A stretch of DNA of 64,000 nucleotides from Planktothrix sp. GU0601_MAG3. Its GTDB lineage: Bacteria > Cyanobacteriota > Cyanobacteriia > Cyanobacteriales > Microcoleaceae. The DNA is taken from the NCBI GenBank assembly GCA_035193785.1, contig CP136572.1:2452578-2516577 (forward strand). Direction: 5' to 3'. The notes beneath the pieces were generated by a model. That model made no database searches and was not told the DNA's origin. It was given only the letters and a program-made list of their open reading frames with translations. Position numbers and translations under genes: made by a program. This document shows positions 1 to 13,642 of the stretch, piece after piece; the first letter of the stretch is position 1, and each line of letters starts with the position of its first letter.

Positions 1-309
1 GGATTTTGCGGTTTTAGCAATACTGGCGGCGGCGCGGCGTAGGCTGTCTAATTTTAGGGTATCTGATTTACCTAAACCAACTAAAATCACTTTGCGAATC
101 GGGCTATTTCCCCCCACACGAGTTGAAATACTGCTATCTGCTTTTCCCTTAAATTCGGTTTCGGCAATTAATTCTTTTAGAGTCCCGGCGAGTTGCCCAT
201 CTAAGGTGGCTAAGTCCCCGGTTAATTCTATCTGATCTTCAAATAAACCCAGGGCGAGGATATCTCCTGACCAGTTCAAGCAGGATGTGTTAGTGGCTTT
301 AAATTCCAT
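1..309 (-). CDS. pepA: Leucyl aminopeptidase, N-terminal part (runs off window start)
   Basis: Manual translation from ATG at 309: MEFKATNTSCLNWSGDILALGLFED...ETEFKGK...RKVILVGLGK...LRRAAA, typical cyanobacterial M17 N-domain. Confidence 0.85.
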   Translation of the reverse strand, partial: MEFKATNTSCLNWSGDILALGLFEDQIELTGDLATLDGQLAGTLKELIAETEFKGKADSSISTRVGGNSPIRKVILVGLGKSDTLKLDSLRRAAASIAKTAKS

Positions 310-441
310 TGTTGTTTGTGTTTGAGTTACTCTAAAAAGTATAAACCTTTTTCGGTTTCAGGAGTTAGGAAAAAGTCCGGGGTGCGACTCTGTTGATTCG
401 TTGCTTGGAAAAATTTTAATTTGGTGATGGCAAAATATAAT

Positions 442-1741
<1,300 letters not shown>

Positions 1742-1743
1742 GA

Positions 1744-2130
1744 TCAATTCCCTCTTGAAGCCTTAACATTGGGTACAGCAGAGCCATAATTGACTCGACA
1801 ACCCAAATTAAATAAACTAGAACTACATTCTAACGGGACAACTTGATCCCCTAATAGGGCACTACAACTAACATAATTATCATTATTCGTATCTTTCAAA
1901 ACGCATTCAATGGGTCTGGCTCCAGAACTTTTTGTCCACATTTTCATTCCCATTTCTGCGACAAAATGTTGATAAAAGAAAGCAGAAATTCCTACTGCTA
2001 AAACCACAATTCCCAGTAGGCTAATTCTGACTGTCCAATTACTCAAAATTTTACCAATAAACCCTTTAATACTGTCTGGGATTGATGTCGTCATCGAGGT
2101 GGGTGTATCCGTAGGTTGATTGTCTGTCAT
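1744..2130 (-). CDS. Hypothetical membrane protein with Cys-rich C-terminus
   Basis: 128-aa ORF, one hydrophobic helix, DTNNDNYVSCSA...C...C. Confidence 0.7.
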   Translation of the reverse strand: MTDNQPTDTPTSMTTSIPDSIKGFIGKILSNWTVRISLLGIVVLAVGISAFFYQHFVAEMGMKMWTKSSGARPIECVLKDTNNDNYVSCSALLGDQVVPLECSSSLFNLGCRVNYGSAVPNVKASRGN

Positions 2131-2356
2131 AATATCTTTCCTGTAACATAATTGCTGCTGGGGTTAAGCCCCATTTAAGGTTAACGCCCAGGGTCTTACT
2201 TCTGTATTTTAACTGAATTTACTAAAAATTAGATTTGATCTGGCTAAATCTCCCCGAAGATGTAGGGTGATGGAAAATCTAGGAGGCTGAGATATCACTA
2301 CAAATTTTCTATTTTTGGGTGGGGATGAGGTCTTCTCCCCCTCAATAAAAATTTTT

Positions 2357-3761
2357 CTATTCCGTTTGAATTTGTGTTAATAAATCATAAAAAGGTTGCC
2401 AATTATCTTCAAGGGTAATCTTTTCCCAGACTGCTTCAATTTCGGGACGAATAATTACCACTTGGGGATTATAATAGTTTAATCGTTGTTGCATTTCCTT
2501 GAGTTCGGGATCAGACAAGGTTTGTAAATGATGATAATATTGCTGTCTCCAAGCGTCTAAATGTTCCATGGGTTTCAGCATCTTTTAAAATATTCTGGGG
2601 TTGGTCTTGCCATTGCTGACAAAATTGTTCTCGCAGTTGCATAAAAAAGTCGGGATAGCTAATTCGATTATTTTTGAGTAAATTAATCGTAATTTGTAAT
2701 AATTCCTCTGCTTCTGGGGTAGGAAGTTGTTCAAACCCTAAACGATTAATCATCCGTTGACGATAGAATTCTCGATAATACTGTTGAAAAGGGTCTAACG
2801 CTTTTTTGAGTTCTTCTAAAGGTATAACTAAGGATAAGGGTTTTTGTAATAATTCTAGGTTTCCTTCACAGATAAAGGGTTGATTTCCATAACAATATAA
2901 CTTGCCATAATCAAAATAGGCGGCGGTAAATTGCAGGTTATAATCGGGCATAAAGGCGTAGGGGCCATAATCGAAACTTTCCCCGGTAATAGACATATTA
3001 TCGGTATTTAAAACCCCGTGACAAAACCCGGAAGCCATCCATTGGGCGACTAATTCCGCGACTCTTTTCACCAGTTCGGCGTAAAATAAAATATAGCGAT
3101 CGCTTTCTAATTTTAGGTCAGAATAATAATGGGTGATAACGTGATCTAAGAGGGTTTCGATCAGATCTTTGCGTTTAAAATAGTGTAACCGTTCAAAGGT
3201 TCCAAAGCGAATATGGGAGCGACTAAACCGGATCATTACAGAAGAACGGGTGGGGGAAGGTTCATCTCCTCGCCATAGTTGTTCTCCGGTTTCAATTAAG
3301 CTTAAACACCGAGAGGTTTTGACCCGCATTCGGTGCAACATTTCGGCGGCTAAAACTTCCCGCACGCCACCTTTTAAGGTTAATCTACCGTCGGCATTTC
3401 GAGAGTAGGGAGTTCTTCCCGATCCCTTAGTGCCGAAATCGTACAATTCCCGATCTATTCCCCGGGTCTGACCATACAAAAACCCCCGTCCATCTCCCAA
3501 ATAGGGGTTATATTCCCTAAACTGATAGCCGTGGTAACGCATGGCTAACAGGGGACGCACGGCTTCAAATTTGCCAAAGGCTTCGATAAAATGGTCGTCG
3601 GTAACGGTTTCGGGGTCGAGTCCTAACTGATTTAATACCAAATCATTGCGGAACCTAAGTTGGTGCATCGGGAACTCCGCCGCCGTTACAATATCGGAAT
3701 ATTCACCGCCTAACGCCTCAAATGCGGGTTCATAGTCGAGGTGCAGGAACGGATTAGACAT
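2357..3761 (-). CDS. selO: Protein adenylyltransferase SelO/YdiU (split by +1 base at GTTTC 2572-2576)
   Basis: [32 protein letters not shown] motifs; two ORFs join as ...[11 protein letters not shown]. Confidence 0.9.
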
Positions 3762-3941
3762 AAAATCCCCAATGATAGTCTATTGACAATATTAGCCCAA
3801 TTTGGAAAAACTGTCAATTTATGAGGTGGAAAAATCTTAGATCCGGGATTAATAATCAAGGGATAAATGCTATTATTTTTGAGGTATCCTTAATTACATA
3901 TCGATACTTTTAAATAAATGAATTAAATAGGAGGAAAACCA

Positions 3942-4418
3942 ATGACTGAGTTAATTAAGGCAATTCAAACGGGAAAAATAGATCAAGTTAAAACGGCTTT
4001 AAGTCAAAACCCAGATATTAATGCTCAAAATGATCAGGGAAATACGGGATTAATTACAGCGATTACTTTAGGCGAAAAGGAGATGGTAAAATTCTTACTA
4101 GAGGCGGGGGCAGATGTTAATTTTTCTGATAATGATAATTGGACTCCCTTGATGGAAGCCGCGGCAAGTGGTTGCTTAGAAATCGTGCAGTTATTATTAG
4201 ATAACGGGGCGGATATTCAGGCTCAAACTAATTTTGGGTTGACGGCGTTAATGAGTGCGGCTGGAAGCGGACATAAACAAATTGTGGAGTTATTATTAAA
4301 GAGTGGCGCAGATTTAACTACAAAAGATCAGAATAGTTGGACGGCTTTAATTTGGGCATCTTCGGAGCAACATACGGAGGTTGTGGAATTAATAAAACAA
4401 TATCGAAATCGTGATTAA
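3942..4418 (+). CDS. Ankyrin-repeat protein
   Basis: Four ankyrin repeats (WTPLMEAA...LL..GAD), AGGAGG RBS upstream. Confidence 0.9.
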   Translation: MTELIKAIQTGKIDQVKTALSQNPDINAQNDQGNTGLITAITLGEKEMVKFLLEAGADVNFSDNDNWTPLMEAAASGCLEIVQLLLDNGADIQAQTNFGLTALMSAAGSGHKQIVELLLKSGADLTTKDQNSWTALIWASSEQHTEVVELIKQYRNRD

Positions 4419-4585
4419 AAATCTGGGGGAACAGGGAATAGGGAACACCGGATCTGGGTAGAGGATTTGTAATTAATTTTGTTTAGGTACTTAGAACTCG
4501 GAAGGTGGGGAAAATGCGATCGCTATTTTCTGTAAAATGAATTTTGTCAGTATTTACCCTAATGTGGAATAATCATAAATTAATC

Positions 4586-5395
4586 ATGCACGACTTCATA
4601 CCTCCGAAACGGTTTTTTCCCTATTTAACCTGGAGAGAAATTGCCTCAATGCCAGATAAAAGTAGTGTGGTTATTTTACAACCGATTGGCTCCATTGAAC
4701 AACACGGCCCCCATTTACCCTTAATTGTTGATGCTGCGATCGCAACGGCCGTAACAGGTCACGCCTTAGCCCAACTTAATGATAATATTCCTGCCTACGC
4801 TTTACCCACAATTTATTATGGAAAATCCAATGAACATTGGCATTTCCCGGGAACAATAACCCTGAGTTCCCAAACCTTAACGGCGGTATTAATGGAGTTA
4901 GGAGCAAGTCTTTATCGGGCTGGATTTAGAAAATTAGCCTTTATTAATGGTCACGGCGGACAACCCCAAATTTTAGAACTGGTGGCGCGGGACTTACATC
5001 AAAACTATGAAGATTTTTCCGTCTTTCCCCTGTTTGTTTGGCGAGTTCCCAATCTAGCTTCGGAATTATTAACCCCGAAGGAATTAGAGTTAGGAATTCA
5101 CGCCGGAGATGCCGAAACCAGTTTAATGTTATCCTTACTGCCAGAACAGGTAAAAATGGAACAAGCGGTTTGTGAATATCCCCATAATTTACCCGAAAAT
5201 AGTTTATTAAGTATGGAAGGAAACCTACCCTTTGCTTGGGTAACAAAAGATCTAAGCAAAAGTGGGGTTTTAGGGGATGCAACGGTGGCGACAAAAGAAA
5301 AAGGCGATCAGATTTTAGCCTCTTTAGTGAATAGTTGGGTGCAAGTAATTGAGGATTTATATAAATTTCAACAACCCCAAAGATTTAGGGATTAA
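4586..5395 (+). CDS. Creatininase / creatinine amidohydrolase family protein
   Basis: GSIEQHGPHLPL, NGHGGQ, HAGDAETS motifs. Confidence 0.9.
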   Translation: MHDFIPPKRFFPYLTWREIASMPDKSSVVILQPIGSIEQHGPHLPLIVDAAIATAVTGHALAQLNDNIPAYALPTIYYGKSNEHWHFPGTITLSSQTLTAVLMELGASLYRAGFRKLAFINGHGGQPQILELVARDLHQNYEDFSVFPLFVWRVPNLASELLTPKELELGIHAGDAETSLMLSLLPEQVKMEQAVCEYPHNLPENSLLSMEGNLPFAWVTKDLSKSGVLGDATVATKEKGDQILASLVNSWVQVIEDLYKFQQPQRFRD

Positions 5396-5531
5396 TTAAA
5401 TATTAAAGCACCGCCAGATTTCCGGCTCCCTAGTTTCTTCCATTTGGTGTCAACTGTCATAACTTATGGCAGAATGTTTTTAACTAAGATAGCTAGAGCC
5501 CTGAAGGGCTTACTACATCAATAATAGAATT

Positions 5532-6279
5532 ATGATGAATTCATCCTTACAACGAGCATTCGACCAAGGCAACGCCCTGAAAGTAATTAGCGGTTTAACC
5601 AATTTCAACGCTGGGCGGGTCGCTTCCGTCGTCAAAGCTGCAACTAAAGGCGGCGCAACCTTTGTGGATATTGCCGCCGACCCTAACCTAGTGCAGATTG
5701 TCCGAGAATTAACCCATCTCCCCATCTGTGTTTCTGCGGTTGAACCGGAATTATTTGTGACCTGCGTAGCAGCGGGTGCAGACCTAATTGAAATTGGCAA
5801 CTTCGACGCCTTCTATACCCAAGGACGGCGGTTTGAAGCGGCGGAAGTGTTGCAACTAACCCACGAAACCCGCGCCTTACTGCCCCATATTACCCTATCC
5901 GTCACCGTTCCCCATATCCTGGAACTCGACCAACAAGTCGAACTCGCCCTGGAACTCGTCAAAGCGGGTGCAGATATCATCCAAACCGAAGGCGGAACCA
6001 GTTCCTCCCCCGTCCATGGCGGGACATTGGGACTAATTGAAAAAGCCGCCCCCACCCTAGCCGCCGCCTGGGAAATTTCTCGCGCCGTGTCCGTCCCCGT
6101 ATTGTGCGCTTCGGGTATTTCTAATATTACCGCTCCCATGGCGATAGCCGCCGGAGCCGCCGGGGTGGGCGTGGGTTTCAGCCATTAACCGCCTCGACAA
6201 CGAAGTCGCGATGGTGGCGGTGGTTCGGAGTTTAGTGGAATCCTTGGCCACGGTGAAGGCGAACCGAGTTTACGCCTAA
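5532..6279 (+). CDS. ycf23: Ycf23 / DUF561 family TIM-barrel protein (split by +1 at GTTTC 6175-6179)
   Basis: LKVISGL, EIGNFD, QTEGGT; repair gives GVGVGSAINRLDNEV...stop 6279. Confidence 0.85.
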
Positions 6280-6345
6280 TTTTGAGCCATTATCGGGTGT
6301 AGGGACGGGCTATAGCACGTCTCTACGGAATTTATCTCTAAAAAC

Positions 6346-6996
6346 CTATGAATAAGTTATAAACCAGGCTAAATAATCTTCTATCAAATTATAGTTGGGG
6401 GAATCTTCGTCTGATACTTCTAATTCCACTAAAGGTAGGGTAAATTGTCGATTATCGCTGGCCCGTTTAACGTCCACCATAATCCCATTTGTCTCATCAA
6501 ATTTAGGCTGAAAATCTTCTAATATAAAAACATCGGTGTAGGAGGGATTTGTTTTTTTTAGTTCTTCATATTCTTTGATTTTTCCTGAGCCGTAAAGATA
6601 TTCTTCCTCCCATAAAAATTCCTCTGACCCCCCTAAATAACAGGGTAATTCAAGATTTTCTTTCAAATACTTAAAATATTTATTTAAAGTTTTTTTATTA
6701 ACCTTGATTCGGCTATTTCCTAAAATCTTCTTAACTTTTTCTTCAAATTCTTCAACATCAAATGTTTCATCCTCATCGTCATCTTCAGTATCAAAGAAAT
6801 TTTTATTAATTAACCCCAATGACTCCATTTGTTCAATCATACTTTTCAGGATCATCCTGGGGTCATTAGAATTCAGGCTATTTCTTCGCTTATTCAATAA
6901 ACCCGACACAATGGTTTCATCAATTTGAATCGGTTTCAAATCATCTCCGGGGGGCTGTAATTTTTTTTTGTTTTTGTTTTGATATAATTTAGACAT
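6346..6996 (-). CDS. Acidic protein with CcbP-like calcium-binding domain
   Basis: C-terminal ...V.VKR.SD.RQFTLPL.ELEV.DEDSPNY.LIEDY..WF resembles CcbP family; acidic tract. Confidence 0.55.
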   Translation of the reverse strand: MSKLYQNKNKKKLQPPGDDLKPIQIDETIVSGLLNKRRNSLNSNDPRMILKSMIEQMESLGLINKNFFDTEDDDEDETFDVEEFEEKVKKILGNSRIKVNKKTLNKYFKYLKENLELPCYLGGSEEFLWEEEYLYGSGKIKEYEELKKTNPSYTDVFILEDFQPKFDETNGIMVDVKRASDNRQFTLPLVELEVSDEDSPNYNLIEDYLAWFITYS

Positions 6997-7195
6997 TCCG
7001 TTACACCAAGCACAGTGGTTATTCGTCTCAACCCTAGTTAATTTTAATTAATCTGGTTTAAGGTTTATAGTTATAGAGACGTGATTGGTTTACACCTCTA
7101 TCTACTTTCCGCCTTCAGATTTTTCTATAGGAAAGGGAGTAGAATTTAGTATATCGTGCTACAGGTATTTTTGATATTCTCAAGGGGAGAAAATT

Positions 7196-7853
7196 ATGGT
7201 ACAAACACAACAGGACTCTATACCCGTTATTTACCAAGGACAGTTCGGCAATTATACAATTAATGATCGCGATCGCCAAGGTGTGATCATTTACCGTATC
7301 GGCCTAATCATAGCAGCCCTGTGCTTCACCCTGGCCACGGGATTAGTTTTATTCCAACTCAATACCCAGGGGGTTTCTACTCGCATTAACCCCCATCTAC
7401 TTCTGTTTTTGGTTGGCTTTGGGGGTGAGTTTATTTACCATTCATATTTATTTAGTTCAGTTACACCAACTGCTACAACTGTTTTGGTTAATTGGTGGAA
7501 TTGCTTCGGTGGTGTTTGCTGTGGTTGACCCAGAACCTTTAGCATTAACCATTTATCACAATCCTTATAGCTTATTTGGGGTAGGATTTACCTTTGTAGC
7601 CTTAACAGGAATTTATTTTAAAGAAGCCTTCTGTTTTAATCGCATGGAAACTAAACTCGTAACTCCCTTAGTTCCGATTTTTTTATTAGGATTTATGGCT
7701 GGTTTTTGGTCGGTTGATGCTCAAAAAATTTTACTAGCATTTTGGGCGATTCAATTTATCATTTTTGCAGGTCGAAAAATATTCCAAGGAATTCCAGGAG
7801 ATATCGGGGATAAAAGCGTTTTTGATTATTTAAAACGTCAACAGTTCGCCTAA
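7196..7853 (+). CDS. DUF2301 integral membrane protein (split by +1 at GTTTC 7373-7377)
   Basis: YQGQFG.YTI, TIHIYL, FKEAFCF, DIGDKSVF motifs. Confidence 0.85.
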
Positions 7854-7867
7854 TACAAAAATTGTTT

Positions 7868-7975
7868 ATCCCCCTAAACCCCTTAAAAAAGGGGGGAAAA
7901 GACTTCAAATCTACCATTTTTAATGGGTACAACAAAACTTCAAAGTCACCCTTTTTAATAGGGATTTAGGGGGAT
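7868..7975. repeat. Inverted-repeat dispersed element between convergent genes
   Basis: ATCCCCCTAAACCCCTTAAAAAAGGGG...CCCTTTTTAATAGGGATTTAGGGGGAT. Confidence 0.7.
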
Positions 7976-7991
7976 TAGATCTGGGCTTTAA

Positions 7992-9320
7992 TTAAAAGTT
8001 ATCAAAAATAAGCGGATCTAATTCTGAATAATCGGGTAATTTTTCTTCTAATATTTTACCATTTCTAATCACAATCCGGTCGCTTTGACACCGAGATAAT
8101 ATTTCACTCAAATAACGTCCTTGAAAAATTATAAAATCCGCCGCCATTCCCACACCAATGCTTCCCAAATCGGGTAAACCCATAAAATCCCCTGGGGTTT
8201 TGGTAACACTCGATAACCAATCTTGAAACGGTCGATCTAAATGACAAATTCTCACCGCCATTTTAAAGATTTCTAACCCATCATGGTCGCCAAAGCCATA
8301 AAATGGATCACGACAATTATCACTAGCAAAAGCTACGGAAATCCCCGCTTGTTTTAATTCATGGACTAGGGTTGTTCCCCGCCATCGGGGGGTTTTAGGA
8401 GATTGGGATTGATCATATTGACGATCTTGTAAATAGAGATTACACATCGGTAAACTGACAATTCCAATATTCGCGGCTTTCACCAATTCTAGGGTTTTTT
8501 GAATAATATCCTGCGGTTGTACGGCTAAACTACAACAATGTCCACAAATAATTTTTCCCTCAAATTGAGATTTTAACGCAGCTTCCGCAATTTTATATAA
8601 ACAAATTGATTCCGCTTCTCCATTTTCATCAACATGGAAATCTAGGTTCAAATTCCGATCTTTAGCAATAGCAAAAATTCGCTCAAGTTGTTGTTCTAAA
8701 TCAGGATTAATATAGGCAACTCCGCCTAAAATTCCGCCTGAATCTGCAACTTTATTAACTAATTTTTCCCCTTCTACCGTTAAATAATAGTCTAAAGTGG
8801 CTAAGGAAACTCCTTGCAAAATTAAGCGATCTTCCCATTCCTTTTTTAATGTATTAAAAACATCCCAATTTATATCCATCAATCTTCCCGCCGAATCTAA
8901 ATGGGTTCTAATAGCTTTGGTTCCATGGACATAACTACACTTTAAACCAAATTCCATCCGTCGGTAAATATCTTCGGTAGTCCAGGTTTTTTCATCTTTA
9001 AATATTGCTAATAACGCATCTTCAAAGGTTCCTGTTTTATTGGGCGATCGCTCCCAAATATGACCCTTATCTAAATGAGTATGAACATCGACAAAACAGG
9101 GCCAAATTTGTTTCCCATGTAAGTCCACCGTGGGGATATTTTCTAACTCAACATATCCAGCAATAGCAATTTGACTAATGATTCCCGAGGTAATTTTAAT
9201 ATCAACTAAAGCCATACCATCCGTATTTGCTGAAGTTGCGATCGCCCCATCGCCACCACGGAGCACACAAACCGGGACACGAACATTTTTCAGCCAGTAA
9301 CAAGAAGTATTTGGAATCAT
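7992..9320 (-). CDS. codA: Cytosine deaminase (amidohydrolase family)
   Basis: DVHTHLDK, AIRTHLD, DFHVDE, GHCCSL, ASDNCRDPF. Confidence 0.85.
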   Translation of the reverse strand: MIPNTSCYWLKNVRVPVCVLRGGDGAIATSANTDGMALVDIKITSGIISQIAIAGYVELENIPTVDLHGKQIWPCFVDVHTHLDKGHIWERSPNKTGTFEDALLAIFKDEKTWTTEDIYRRMEFGLKCSYVHGTKAIRTHLDSAGRLMDINWDVFNTLKKEWEDRLILQGVSLATLDYYLTVEGEKLVNKVADSGGILGGVAYINPDLEQQLERIFAIAKDRNLNLDFHVDENGEAESICLYKIAEAALKSQFEGKIICGHCCSLAVQPQDIIQKTLELVKAANIGIVSLPMCNLYLQDRQYDQSQSPKTPRWRGTTLVHELKQAGISVAFASDNCRDPFYGFGDHDGLEIFKMAVRICHLDRPFQDWLSSVTKTPGDFMGLPDLGSIGVGMAADFIIFQGRYLSEILSRCQSDRIVIRNGKILEEKLPDYSELDPLIFDNF

Positions 9321-9413
9321 AATCCTAGCAATTAGAAAATCTTTGTCTCTCTGATGGCCAAATGAACCCTAACCATTCGCCCAAACCTAAAAATAATCTA
9401 ACAGTTTCAGGTT

Positions 9414-9428
9414 ATGCAAAAAATGTAT
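9414..9428 (+). promoter_or_regulatory. NtcB (LysR) binding motif AT-N11-AT upstream of NtcA site
   Basis: ATGCAAAAAATGTAT about 40 bp upstream of the NtcA box of the nir promoter. Confidence 0.65.
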
Positions 9429-9465
9429 GGTGTCAATGCTTAATTCTCATTAAGTTTAAAGTTTT

Positions 9466-9507
9466 GTAACATTAGCTACGATTACATAGGGTATAGGGGT
9501 CTAACTT
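9466..9507 (+). promoter_or_regulatory. Class II NtcA-activated promoter of nir operon
   Basis: GTA-ACATTAGC-TAC (9466-9479), exactly 22 nt spacer, then TAACTT -10 box (9502-9507). Confidence 0.88.
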
Positions 9508-9701
9508 ATTCACATTGCTTAACCTTTGGGTTAAGGTCAGGAGCCTCCAAGTTCAAAGAAAAGAGGTCAACACTCCAATTTTAGATTTGAGTCTTCCATG
9601 ATACGGTTTGTGTTCTGCAAACCTGTTAATGTTTGGCCAAATTTGATCTATTTGTCATTCACCCGACAAATTCGAGACATAGCAACACCGAGGAATTCGC
9701 T

Positions 9702-11238
9702 ATGACCAGCACAGTCCCACAGAAAACAGCCACAAACAAATTTGAAAAATTCAAAGCCGAAAAAGATGGTTTAGCGGTTAAAGACGAACTAGAAACCTTC
9801 GCCCAACTCGGTTGGGAAACCATGGACGAAACCGACCGAGACCACCGCCTCAAATGGCTAGGGGTGTTTTTCCGTCCGGCGACTCCAGGTAAATTTATGA
9901 TGCGCCTGCGTTTACCCAATGGGGTGATCACCAGTGAGCAGATGCGGGTTTTGGGGGAAATTGTGCAACGCTACGGTGATGACGGTAGTGCTGATATTAC
10001 CACAAGACAAAACCTTCAGTTAAGAGGAATTCGGATTGAGGATCTCAGTGATATTTTTCGGCGCTTTGAAAAGGTGGGACTCACCAGCATTCAGTCGGGA
10101 ATGGATAATGTCCGTAATATCACGGGTTTCCCCCGTTGCGGGGTTAGATGCCGATGAACTCTATGATACCCGAGAATTGATACAACAGGTTCAAGACATG
10201 ATTACCAACGAGGGAAAAGGGAATCCCGAGTTTAGTAATTTACCGCGAAAATTTAACATTGCGATCGGTGGATGTCGGGATAATTCGATTCATGCTGAAA
10301 TCAATGATATTGCTTTTATTCCCGCATTTAAAGAGGAAACTTTTGGCTTCAATGTGTTAGTTGGAGGATTCTTTTCCGCCACCCGTTGTGAAGCTGCTAT
10401 TCCCTTGAATGTTTGGGCAAAACCCGAGCAAGTTGTCGATCTTTGTCGAGGAATTTTAGAAGTCTTTCGAGACCATGGGCCCCGGGGAGTTCGCCAAAAA
10501 ACTCGGTTAATGTGGTTAATTGATGAATGGGGCATTGAAAAGTTTCGTTCTGAAGTCGAAAAACAAATCGGTTATGCTTTAGAATCTGAAGCGGAAAAAG
10601 ACGAAATTCTCTGGGAAAAACGGGATCATTTGGGGATTTATAAACAAAAACAACCCGGATTAAACTATGTGGGATTAAATATTCCCGTTGGCCGGTTATC
10701 GGCTAACGAAATGTTGGAATTATCCCGGATTGCTGAGGTTTATGGGAGCGGAGAAATTCGCTTAACCGTTGAACAAAATGTGATTATTCCCAATGTTTCC
10801 GATAGTCGGTTAGAGGCGTTTTTAACCGAACCGATTTTGGAAAAATTCTCCGTTAATCCATCGGCCTTAAGTCGAGGATTAGTTTCTTGTACGGGCGCAC
10901 AATTCTGTAACTTTGCTTTAGTAGAAACCAAACATCGGGCTGTAGCATTAGTTAAGGAATTAGAGTCGGAATTAACCATCGAAAAACCCGTAAGAATTCA
11001 CTGGACAGGTTGCCCCAACTCCTGCGGACAACCCCAAGTTGCCGATATTGGATTAATGGGAACCAAGGCCCGGAAAGAGGGCAAAACCCTTGAGGGAGTC
11101 AACCTCTATATGGGCGGAAAAGTCGGTAAGGATGCCAAACTGGGTGAATGTGTGCAAAAATCCATTCCCTGTGAGGATCTCAAACCCGTTTTGCGACAAA
11201 TTTTGGTGGAACAATTTGGCGCCAGAGTCAAAGAATAA
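9702..11238 (+). CDS. nirA: Ferredoxin-nitrite reductase (split by +1 at GTTTC 10126-10130)
   Basis: TTRQNLQLRG, NLPRKFN, SCTGAQFC, TGCPNSCG; repair gives NITGSPVAG. Confidence 0.95.
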
Positions 11239-11292
11239 TTCATCTCAAAATCCACATCAACACCCTACTGATACAGAACCCAAACATAGAAT

Positions 11293-12622
11293 ATGAGCAA
11301 ACTTTCACGACGGAAATTCCTGTTAACGGCTGGTGCAACGGCGGCTGGAACTCTAATCATCCATGGTTGTACTTCTAATAACAGTCCTTCCCAAACCCCC
11401 ACAACTCCATCTACTACAGCCCCGACCGTCAATATTAATCCAGCCGATGCCCCAGAAATACCCACAGCAACTTTAGGATTTATTGCCTTAACGGATGCTG
11501 CACCCTTAATTATTGCCCTGGAAAAAGGTCTATTTGCTAAGTATGGGATGTCCGACGTTAAGGTGCTTAAACAAGCCTCTTGGCCTGTTACTAGGGATAA
11601 CCTAGAATTAGGGTCAGGTGGAGGCGGCATTGATGGGGCACATATTTTATCCCCCATGCCCTATTTAATGACATTAGGAACGATTACTAAACAACCCGTT
11701 CCGATGTATCTTTTAGCCCGATTAAATACCAATGGTCAGGCGATTTCTTTAAGTAAAGACTATCTGGATGCTAAAATTACCGTTAACGATAGTGCCAAAT
11801 TTAAAGATATTTTATTCGCCGCTAAAAATGCCGGAAAAGAAGTCAAAGCCGCGATTACATTCCCTGGGGGAACTCACGATTTATGGACGCGCTATTGGTT
11901 AGCCGCCGGGGGCACAGTTCCTGATACTGATATTTCAATTGTTTCCGGTGCCACCCCCCCAAATGGTTGCGAACATGAAAGTTGGAAACATGGAAGCTTT
12001 CTGTGTGGGTGAACCGTGGAATGCCCAATTAGTTAATCAAAAAGCCGGATATACGGCCTTAATTACCGGGGAATTATGGAAAGATCACCCGGAAAAAGCC
12101 TTTACCATGCGAGCAGATTGGGTAGATAAAAACCCCAAAGCAGCAAAAGCTTTAACCATGGCTGTATTAGAAGCCCAACAATGGTGTGATAAACCGGAAA
12201 ATATTGAAGAAATGTGTAAAATTGTTTCCCAAGATAAATGGTTTAAAGTGCCTTTTGCAGATATTATTGAGCGCTCCAGAGGAAATATTGATTTTGGTGA
12301 TGGTCGGGTAATCACCGCCAGTCCCGTCGCCATGAAATTCTGGAGGGATAATGCCTCCTATCCCTATAAGAGCCATGATACTTGGTTCTTAACCGAAGAT
12401 ATTCGGTGGGGATATTTACCACCCGATTTAGATATTAAAGCCACCGTTGATAAGGTCAACCGTGAAGATTTATGGCGAGAAGCAGCAAAGTCTTTAAATG
12501 TTCCCGCAGCCGAAATTCCTGCTACTCCCTCTCGCGGGATTGAAACCTTCTTTGATGGGGTACAATTTAACCCCGACGATCCGAAAGCCTATCTCAATAG
12601 TTTAGCAATCAAAAAAGTCTAA
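11293..12622 (+). CDS. nrtA: Nitrate/nitrite ABC transporter substrate-binding protein (split by +1 at GTTTC 11941-11945)
   Basis: SRRKFL signal, LGFIALTDAAPL, FCVGEPWN; repair gives IVPVPPPQM. Confidence 0.92.
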
Positions 12623-12757
12623 TTCCTTCATAATTGCTTTAGGGGCGGGTTCTTCCAGAGCCAATAATTCCGATCTATTCTCTATAGACTCGCCCCGCTT
12701 GAAAATTACTCCCCAGTTGGGGGCTTCAGGAAGAAAACTAACTCAGTTATAATCATC

Positions 12758-13598
12758 ATGACTACTAGCGCTAAGGCCAATTCTGATAGTAATAATCCTC
12801 TGAATTCTTTTTTTAATTGGTTTAATAATAATCGAAATAAAGTGATCCGTCCTTTGATTGGAGTCTTTATTTTTCTGGCTATTTGGCAACTGTTATGTTC
12901 AGGAGAAAATCCTAATTTACCATCTCCCATTACCACCGTTAAAGAATCTTGGGAATTAATTATTAACCCATTTTTTGATAATGGCGGTACTGATAAAGGG
13001 TTGGGTTGGCAGGTCATGGCTAGTTTACAAAGGGTGGCTGTAGGATTTAGCTTATCCGTGGTTGTGGGAATTTCCCTAGGGATTTTAGTGGGGAGTAATA
13101 CCTTTATGTATGATGCCTTAGATCCCCTATTTCAAATTCTCAGAACAATTCCGCCCCTCGCTTGGTTACCCATCGCCCTAGCCGCTTTACAACAATCCAA
13201 TCCTGCGGCTATTTTCGTCATCTTTATTACAGCAATTTGGCCGATTATTATTAATACCACCGTCGGGGTACAACAAATTCCCCAAGACTATAAAAACGTG
13301 GCTAGAGTGTTACGTTTACCCAGAAATAAATACTTCTTTAAAGTGTTATTTCCCTCCGCAGTTTCCCTATATTTTTACCGGATTAAGAATTGGGATCGGT
13401 CTATCTTGGTTAGCGATTATTGCGGCGGAAATGTTAGTGGGTGGAGTCGGGATTGGCTTCTTTATTTGGGATGCCTATAATAGCTCTCGAATGAGTGCGA
13501 TTATCGTGGCCTTAATTTATGTTGGAGTCGTTGGTTTAATCCTAGATAGAGCCATTGGTTTTATTGCTTCTAAAGTGGTTCCCGCCGAGCAAAAATAA
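12758..13598 (+). CDS. nrtB: Nitrate ABC transporter permease (split by +1 at GTTTC 13361-13365)
   Basis: NPFFDNGGTDKGLGWQ, LRTIPPLAW; repair gives VPYIFTGLRIG, stop 13598. Confidence 0.92.
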
Positions 13599-13642
13599 AC
13601 CCAAAATGATTAACGTTCACCCTTAATTTCTCATATTTAATT

